From Phycisphaeraceae bacterium (lineage in GTDB: Bacteria > Planctomycetota > Phycisphaerae > Phycisphaerales > Zrk34): a stretch of DNA of 64,000 nucleotides. The notes under the pieces were generated by a model. The model saw only the letters and a program-made list of their open reading frames with translations. It had not been told where the DNA came from and ran no database searches. This document shows, piece by piece, positions 58,148 to 64,000 of the stretch (the stretch's first letter is position 1; every line of letters starts with the position of its first letter). The stretch is taken from NCBI GenBank assembly GCA_040905565.1, contig JBBDRF010000081.1, positions 9,437-73,436 of the forward strand, given 5' to 3'. A program made the position numbers and the translations under genes.

Positions 58148-58923
58148 TTGGTGGGCGGAGGGTTGGGCGGGGACGGTCGCGTCGGCGAGAGCACCGCCTT
58201 CATCGTCGGCAGCTCTTTGTCCAGCAGATACCGAAAGTACACGCACAGCAGCCGATTCGCCCGATTCAGCGCCTCCGCCGACGTATCAGAGAACGGCCGA
58301 CCGGCCTCCGCGTCACGAAGCAGCGCAATCGTCTGCTTCCGCACGCGCCAGCGATCGGGCCCGCCTGTGTCAGCGACCGTTCCACCGGCTCCCGCACTGA
58401 ACCCAAGCGTCGGGCTCCGCTCATCCAAAGGCTCGTCCGTCTCCACATTCCGGTCCAGCACAGGCTTCGAACCCAGATCATCAATCACCGTCCACTGGAA
58501 CCGAAGCAAGGCTTCGCCCTGCCGCTCGCGATCCGCCAGTTCCGCCAGGAAACTCCGCAACGCATGGAACGTACGCGGGTGAGGATCACCTGTCTCCAGC
58601 AGATGGTGGACCAGGTCGGCTGCATACATCCCCAGCCCGAACGCCCGGATGTCACGGCGGAGGTGCCAGTGAGCGTCGATCAGGTCGTACTCAATCAGGT
58701 TCGCCAGCTCAGCGGTCGGCTTAACGATGAACACCGCCTCGGCACGGGTCAGCAGTTCCACGCCGCCGCTGAAGCGTTCAAGCGTCGACGGATTCCGCCG
58801 CTTCGCACCCTTCGCGGTGCCGGCGAGCTTGCCATGATGCTCGGTCAGCAGCACCACAATCTGGCTGGTTTCGGACCAGTCCATAAGCCGGATGCAGATT
58901 GCTTCGTCCTTCACCATCGCCAT
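58144..58923 (-). CDS. recO: DNA repair protein RecO
   Basis: DEAICIRLMDWSETSQIVVLLTEHHGKL...AKGAKR OB-fold start; typical length. Confidence 0.9.
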   Translation of the reverse strand: MAMVKDEAICIRLMDWSETSQIVVLLTEHHGKLAGTAKGAKRRNPSTLERFSGGVELLTRAEAVFIVKPTAELANLIEYDLIDAHWHLRRDIRAFGLGMYAADLVHHLLETGDPHPRTFHALRSFLAELADRERQGEALLRFQWTVIDDLGSKPVLDRNVETDEPLDERSPTLGFSAGAGGTVADTGGPDRWRVRKQTIALLRDAEAGRPFSDTSAEALNRANRLLCVYFRYLLDKELPTMKAVLSPTRPSPPNPPPTK

Positions 58924-58971
58924 GGCGGGATAGTGTACCCCGCTCGCGCGAGAAGGCGCACAGAGCCGCTC

Positions 58972-59601
58972 TTAGTCGGTCGGGGGAGTCGCCGCCCCGA
59001 CCGTGAAGTGCACATTGTCCAGCCGATTGTTGCCTTGGGAGTGGCTCGCCCCGGTGAACGTCAGGCGGAGAATCAGTGCATCGCGGCTGTTCACGCCTTC
59101 GATTGCCGACAGATCGAACGTATGCGCCGCGAAGCTGTCTTCCGGCGTGAACGGCTGCTCGATCGCCGTGAACGAGCGGCCGTTGTCCGTCGAATACGCC
59201 AGGGCGTTGCGATTGAACCCCGTCGCCGATCGGCGTGCCGCGAACGACATTTCCAACGCTTGCCGGCCGGTCGTGTCGATGAGGAAGTAGATCGACCGCC
59301 CGTTGTTGCCGCCCGTGCCGTCGCCTTCCGTGCCGCTGCCGCTGGTGAGCGCCAGGGCCCGATTATCGCCCTCCTCCGCAGCTCGCGCTTCGTACTCGGG
59401 CAGGGCGGGCATGTTCAACTCGCTGCCGGTATAAAACGAAACGTCGGCGAAATCGTGCTTGATCTCACCCTGGCCGAGCGTCGGCTCAAGCGATTCGCCA
59501 TCGAAATCCCAGTAGGCCACGGTCTCACGATCGTCCGCCAGGGCCGGGGCGGTCAGCAGCGTAAGCACGGTCAGCAGGCAGAGCAATCGGCGCATCAGCA
59601 T
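58972..59601 (-). CDS. Exported hypothetical beta-sandwich protein
   Basis: Signal peptide (PALA|DD); YSTDNG.SFT and GNNRLDN motifs reminiscent of domains in PEP-CTERM-type surface proteins. Confidence 0.7.
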   Translation of the reverse strand: MLMRRLLCLLTVLTLLTAPALADDRETVAYWDFDGESLEPTLGQGEIKHDFADVSFYTGSELNMPALPEYEARAAEEGDNRALALTSGSGTEGDGTGGNNGRSIYFLIDTTGRQALEMSFAARRSATGFNRNALAYSTDNGRSFTAIEQPFTPEDSFAAHTFDLSAIEGVNSRDALILRLTFTGASHSQGNNRLDNVHFTVGAATPPTD

Positions 59602-59700
59602 CAGTCATTCTCCAGTTAATCTTCCACTTATGTATATAACCCCTGAAAAACGCGAAGCAAATATTTTTGATCCATATAACGCGGGGCGGAGGCGAGCTTC

Positions 59701-60057
59701 ATGAGGCGCCGACGCCGACGCAAGCCTGTGAACCCCAGCGCCCCCGCGCGATGGCTGACGCTGACGACCATCGCCCTGCAGGCCGCCACGCTGCTGCTGT
59801 TCTGGTGGTATCCGCAGGAGCCGCCGGTGCGCGGCACGCTGTGGCAGGCGCTGTGGGCGCGGGCGAACATGCCGCCGTTTTACCCGCTGATGGGGCTCAT
59901 CGTCGTCGGCCCCCCCGCCACCTACCTCGCCTGGAGCCTCCGAGGCCGACACCGCCGCTGGCTCGCCACGGCCTGGTTGATCTTCCTGCCCTGGATCGTC
60001 ATCGGCCACGGCCGCCGCGTCCTCGTCATGCTCTCAGTGTGGTGGAAGTTCGGCTGA
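59701..60057 (+). CDS. Hypothetical membrane protein
   Basis: GGAGG RBS, basic N-terminus, three TM segments. Confidence 0.65.
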   Translation: MRRRRRRKPVNPSAPARWLTLTTIALQAATLLLFWWYPQEPPVRGTLWQALWARANMPPFYPLMGLIVVGPPATYLAWSLRGRHRRWLATAWLIFLPWIVIGHGRRVLVMLSVWWKFG

Positions 60058-60140
60058 ACGGCGTGCAAAACGTCGCCCTGCGCTCGCCCGCCGACGTGAT
60101 ATGATGCGTGGCCGATTCTCACGACTGGAGCGGCTGAGCC

Positions 60141-60935
60141 ATGCAAAATTACCTCAATCTCTTGCAGCACGTCCTCGACGAAGGCGTCCGCAAAGAAGAC
60201 CGCACCGGCACCGGCACCTGGAGCGTGTTCGGCTACCAGATGCGCTTCGACCTCGCCGCTGGCTTCCCGCTGGTCACCACGAAGAAAATCTTCACCCGCC
60301 CGCTGATCCACGAGCTGCTCTGGTTCCTCCGAGGCGAACGCAACGTCAAACCTCTCCAAGCCGAACGCGTGAAAATCTGGGACGCCTGGGCCGATGCCGA
60401 CGGCGACCTCGGCCCCATCTACGGCTACCAGTGGCGCAGCTGGCCCACCGCCGACGGCGGCAGCATCGACCAGATCACCGACGTCATCGACACCATCCGC
60501 CGCGACCCCGATTCCCGCCGACTCATCGTCAGTGCCTGGAACGTCGCCGACCTGCCGAAGATGAAGCTCGCCCCCTGCCACACCCTCTTCCAGTTCTACG
60601 TCGCCGACGGCAAGCTCTCCTGCCAGCTCTACCAACGCTCCGCCGACCTGTTCATCGGCGTGCCGTTCAACATCGCCAGCTACGCCCTGCTCACCATGAT
60701 GATCGCCCAGGTCACCGGCCTGGAGCTCGGCGAGTTCGTCCACACCTTCGGCGACGCCCACATCTACCGCAACCACGAAGAACAGGTCCGCCAGCAGCTC
60801 ACCCGCAAGCCTCAGCCGCTGCCCACGATGAAGCTGAACCCCGCCGTTACGAACGTTTTCGACTTCACGTATGACGATTTCGAACTCGTCGGCTACAACC
60901 CCGCCCCCCACATCCCCGCACCCATCGCCGTGTGA
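60141..60935 (+). CDS. thyA: Thymidylate synthase
   Basis: [52 protein letters not shown]. Confidence 0.99.
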   Translation: MQNYLNLLQHVLDEGVRKEDRTGTGTWSVFGYQMRFDLAAGFPLVTTKKIFTRPLIHELLWFLRGERNVKPLQAERVKIWDAWADADGDLGPIYGYQWRSWPTADGGSIDQITDVIDTIRRDPDSRRLIVSAWNVADLPKMKLAPCHTLFQFYVADGKLSCQLYQRSADLFIGVPFNIASYALLTMMIAQVTGLELGEFVHTFGDAHIYRNHEEQVRQQLTRKPQPLPTMKLNPAVTNVFDFTYDDFELVGYNPAPHIPAPIAV

Positions 60936-60945
60936 GGCCCCGCTT

Positions 60946-61218
60946 TCAGCGGCGCTGGCGCACGGCTGTGCTGCTGCTGAACGAGCCGATGTCGAACAGG
61001 ATCGCCACGATGAAGATCACCAGGTAGAAGCCTTCGAGCCCGCCGGCTTCGTTCATGGCAAACGCATAAGCGAGCGTGGCGAACGGCAGCACAAAGAAAC
61101 CCACCACCGGCCAGAGCACCGTTTCGTAGGCGTTGTGCAGGTAGGTGCTGAAGAGGAACAGACCAGCGAGGACGACGCGCGGAAAGAAGAAGGCGATCAA
61201 CACAATGAAACAAGGCAT
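60946..61218 (-). CDS. Small hydrophobic membrane protein
   Basis: MPC...FFPR...WPVVGFFVLPFATLAYA, three TM segments. Confidence 0.7.
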   Translation of the reverse strand: MPCFIVLIAFFFPRVVLAGLFLFSTYLHNAYETVLWPVVGFFVLPFATLAYAFAMNEAGGLEGFYLVIFIVAILFDIGSFSSSTAVRQRR

Positions 61219-61310
61219 GCGGCCGACTTTCGATAAAGGAAAAGTCTCCCCGCATCTTAGCAGCTAAAGCAGATTCGCTGCACCGGTAACATGCAAACGA
61301 GCCGACCGTA

Positions 61311-61495
61311 ACAGTTTTTTCATCTGTTGCGTAAAGGTGGAAGCTGATCGCTTAGGGCGTCTCAAAGCGCTGAATACGAGCCGCGACCGTAAGGGAGCGG
61401 TTGTGCGCCAGGATTTTGCGCACGCCGTGCATACGAACGGTGGCCTCGGCTACCGGCGAAAATCAACGACTTACGCAACAGATGAAAAAGACTGG
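61311..61495. mobile_element. MITE-like element with terminal inverted repeats, flanked by TA, containing a REP-like unit
   Basis: Perfect 19-bp IR TTTTTCATCTGTTGCGTAA (61316-61334) / TTACGCAACAGATGAAAAA (61471-61489) extended by CAGT/ACTG; TA at 61309-61310 and 61496-61497; internal variant-B REP at 61378-61403. Confidence 0.6.
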
Positions 61496-61668
61496 TAGGG
61501 AGCGGTTGTGCGTTGAGACGCTGCGAGCGTCAACATTAGCCAAGATTGCTACGCCTGAAGCGCATGCGCTCGGCCCCCACCGCCACCGACGCGCACCAGA
61601 AACCACGTCGACCGAGGCTTGCGCCGTCGTGACGTGGTCTTCATCTGATTTTCAGAAGGAAAAAACAA

Positions 61669-61754
61669 TGCCCGGGAGAGGGATCGAACCTCCACGGGAT
61701 TTCACTCCCACAGCGACCTCAACGCTGCGCGTCTGCCAATTCCGCCACCCGGGC
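61669..61754 (-). tRNA. tRNA-Leu (anticodon GAG)
   Basis: GCCCGGG acceptor stem, D-loop GGCGGAATTGGCAGAC, anticodon arm CAGCG-TTGAGGT-CGCTG, long variable arm, GGTTCGATCC; CCA not encoded. Confidence 0.97.
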
Positions 61755-61787
61755 AAGGTGGGAACGCTGGGCAGTGCCCAGAGCCAA

Positions 61788-61815
61788 AGTATACCCATCC
61801 ACAAAACTTTGTCGA
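61788..61815 (-). promoter_or_regulatory. Putative sigma70 promoter for tRNA-Leu
   Basis: TCGACA-16 nt-TATACT on minus strand, about 35 nt upstream of the tRNA. Confidence 0.45.
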
Positions 61816-61932
61816 CCCCCCCGCCATCCGCCCGACCATCGCCCCGACCATTCCGGAATTGACGCCACCTCCCGCAGCAGGTGAAATAGCAATTGTCCGG
61901 CACACATGTGCCACCTCGTCCAGGGTAACACC

Positions 61933-62607
61933 ATGAAGAAATCCGAAATGCAGGCCCACGCCGCCGAGTACGACCGCCTGCTGGGCGAGGCCCACAGCGC
62001 GCAGCGTCAAGGGCTATACCGGGCCGCCGTCGACTGCGCCTTCAGCGCATGGGACCACGTCGACGGCATGATGCAGTATCGCCGCAAGTACCAGGACGAA
62101 GACTTCGAAAGCATCCGTGCGATTGAGATCGTCCTGCACTATGCCCCGCTGCTTCTGGATCTGAAAAGCCTCGCCACGCTCGCCGAACTGCTCAAGAGCA
62201 GTCGCAGGCTTGAAAGGAACACCTCCGAAAGTCTTGCCGACAAATTGGCCGATGCACGCGAACGCCTCTGGCACAACCATCGGCTTTGGGACCATCTCGA
62301 GTGGCACCCCGAAGCACGCCAGGACGAGCTGCGCCAAACCTTGGGCGGCGATCAGGAATACTGGCGTACGGTCGCAGAGGCGTGGGAAGCGATGGCCCTG
62401 CTCGTCCGCCAACCTGAGGGGCGATCGTATCGGCTGACACTGACCACGCGGATGGGCGCGCTGGTGCCGGCCAAATGTTCAGCCTGCGGGCAAACAGTCG
62501 AGGCTCCCAAGGCCATGCTCCTCGAAGAAACCGCCTGCCCCAACTGCGCCACGACCACCGCCTTCGTCTTGCTCGCACCAACCACAAACGCAGAGTCACA
62601 GGGGTAA
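61933..62607 (+). CDS. Hypothetical protein: helical N-domain, possible winged helix, C-terminal zinc ribbon
   Basis: CSAC...CPNC; ARQDELRQTLGG...EAWEAMALLVRQPEGRSYRL resembles wHTH. Confidence 0.75.
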   Translation: MKKSEMQAHAAEYDRLLGEAHSAQRQGLYRAAVDCAFSAWDHVDGMMQYRRKYQDEDFESIRAIEIVLHYAPLLLDLKSLATLAELLKSSRRLERNTSESLADKLADARERLWHNHRLWDHLEWHPEARQDELRQTLGGDQEYWRTVAEAWEAMALLVRQPEGRSYRLTLTTRMGALVPAKCSACGQTVEAPKAMLLEETACPNCATTTAFVLLAPTTNAESQG

Positions 62608-62611
62608 ATCC

Positions 62612-63847
62612 ATGGCGTACGTCATCATGCTCGTGCTGGGGTTCATCGGCGGCGCCCTCGTCGTCTTCTTCATCTCGATGCCCGCGCGTGGCAAACTCGC
62701 CATCGAAAAGCAGCGACTGGCCGCAAACCAGCGCCGGCTTCAGGAAACCTCCGACGCAGCTCGCAAACAGCAGGAGACACTCGAAGCGCGGGAAGAGGAC
62801 TTCAGACGCCGCCGCACTGCCTTTGAAAACCGGCTCGTCGCCTATGAAGAACTCGACCAGGAAAATGCGATCCTCAAGCGGGACCTTCAGAACATCGACG
62901 TGAACCTTCGCAAGGTGGAACTGGACCGTGACCTGCAACGCGAACGGCAGGAAGCGATCGACACGCGCGTTCGTGAACTCGGCAGCCGTTACCTCAAGGA
63001 AAGCACCAAGTGGATCGGCCGATCCCTCACAAGCAACAACTTCGCCGCGTGCAAAAAGCGGATGATAGACGTCATTGAACGCTGCTGCGGAATTGGGTTC
63101 GACATCTCCACCGACGAGGAAGCGTCGCTGCTTGCTGAACTCAAAGCCGACTTCGAGAAGGCCGTCCGCACAGAATTCGAGCGACAGGAACAAGCCCGCA
63201 TCAAGGCGCAGATTCGTGAAGAGCAGAAGCTTGAGCGTGAGATCGAACGCGAACTCAAACAACTCGAGCGTGAACGCGTTGCCATTCAAGCGGCACTCGA
63301 GAAGGCGCTCGCCGACACGCGATCCGATCACAGCGAAGAGATTCAACGCCTCCGCGAGCGGCTCGCCGAGGCCGAGGCCAAATCCGAACGCGCCATCTCA
63401 CAGGCGCAGCTGACCAAGTCCGGCCACGTGTACGTCATCTCCAATATCGGCTCCTTCGGCGAAAGCGTTTTCAAGATCGGCATGACCCGTCGGCTCGAGC
63501 CACAGGACCGCATCAAGGAACTCGGTAACGCCTCCGTACCGTTCGCTTACGACGTGCACATGATGATCTCCTGCGACGATGCGCCCAGCCTTGAGAACGC
63601 GCTGCACCGCTCGCTACACCACGACCGCATCAACAAGGTCAATCCCCGGAAGGAGTTCTTCCGCAGCGACATCGAAAGCATCCGCCAGATCGTCCAGGCA
63701 AATCATGGCGAGATTCAATATGTCGCCGACGCCGAGGCCCTTGAGTACCGCCAAAGCCTGGACATGCTGGACGAGGACGTTGATTACATCGAAGAAGTCT
63801 ACGACTCGATCAGCGAGGAAAAAGACGCCGTCCTGGACGAAGACTAA
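62612..63847 (+). CDS. Membrane-anchored coiled-coil DUF4041 plus T5orf172/MUG113 (GIY-YIG-like) domain protein
   Basis: N-terminal TM; coiled coil; GHVYVISNIGSFGESVFKIGMTRRLEPQDRIKELGNASVPF...LENALH...NPRKEFF. Confidence 0.9.
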   Translation: MAYVIMLVLGFIGGALVVFFISMPARGKLAIEKQRLAANQRRLQETSDAARKQQETLEAREEDFRRRRTAFENRLVAYEELDQENAILKRDLQNIDVNLRKVELDRDLQRERQEAIDTRVRELGSRYLKESTKWIGRSLTSNNFAACKKRMIDVIERCCGIGFDISTDEEASLLAELKADFEKAVRTEFERQEQARIKAQIREEQKLEREIERELKQLERERVAIQAALEKALADTRSDHSEEIQRLRERLAEAEAKSERAISQAQLTKSGHVYVISNIGSFGESVFKIGMTRRLEPQDRIKELGNASVPFAYDVHMMISCDDAPSLENALHRSLHHDRINKVNPRKEFFRSDIESIRQIVQANHGEIQYVADAEALEYRQSLDMLDEDVDYIEEVYDSISEEKDAVLDED

Positions 63848-63905
63848 TGCGACGATCTTCCGGCCACGCCATGTCGACCGTTCGCAACTCGTTGACTAGG
63901 AGGCA

Positions 63906-63938
63906 ATAAAAAAGACCCCGCCATGTGGCGAGGTCTTT
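63906..63938 (-). terminator. Terminator downstream of tRNA-Asp (probably bidirectional)
   Basis: AAAGACC-CGCCA/TGGCG-GGTCTTT stem with A-run on + strand. Confidence 0.7.
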
Positions 63939-63945
63939 AGAGTAA

Positions 63946-64000
63946 CGAGGGCGACGGGAATCGAACCCGCAACCTCCGGATCGACAGTCCGGTGCTCTAA
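63946..64000 (-). tRNA. tRNA-Asp (anticodon GTC), 5' part beyond window edge
   Basis: Minus strand TTAGAGCA-CCGGA-CTGTCGA-TCCGG-AGGTT-GCGGGTTCGATTCCCGT-CGCCCTCG. Confidence 0.93.

Noticed and set aside
58081..59619. 512-aa plus-strand ORF spanning recO and its neighbour
   Set aside because: Antisense to two supported minus-strand genes; Arg-rich shadow composition
59617..59680. AT-rich divergent intergenic region with repeated ATATAAC and a near-palindrome TTATGTATATAA
   Set aside because: Consistent with ordinary promoters; too short and imperfect to assign an operator
63946..64000. tRNA-Asp fragment as an att-site duplication
   Set aside because: It is cut by the window edge and includes D-arm sequence, so it is most simply a full tRNA; no duplicate 3' fragment found in the window

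Overview
GC-rich bacterial chromosomal segment. The gene repertoire points to a Planctomycetota, probably Phycisphaerae-like, genome (inference from the PVC-type heme/dehydrogenase protein, PQQ-like propeller, enlarged SecA and repeats). It is mostly housekeeping and envelope genes: LptF/G pair, secA, mlaF/mlaD-like, ligA, truD, lpxD, sodA, ppdK, pabB-like, acnA, folE2, recO, thyA, tRNA-Leu(GAG) and a truncated tRNA-Asp(GTC). It also holds a general-stress islet (cupin, two YsnF/AvaK, CsbD) and many REP-like palindromes. Most notable: (1) a secreted-type leader ORF ending in LPPP upstream of secA, whose stop region can pair with the secA initiation region, a candidate SecM-like arrest-peptide switch; (2) a remodelled 1052-aa LigA with a tandemly duplicated NAD-binding domain Ia, large insertions and an atypical-composition 3' part, followed by a DEDDh exonuclease fused to a second, host-like LigA BRCT; (3) an alpha-CTD/sigma70-region-4 fusion protein; (4) a two-gene Zn-ribbon plus DUF4041/T5orf172 cassette between two tRNAs; (5) a four-gene GH/MDR/GT cluster with open frames but altered catalytic motifs; (6) a TA-flanked MITE-like element nested in a REP. 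No CRISPR array, rRNA, integrase or transposase was seen. All family calls come from motif recognition by eye, not database searches.
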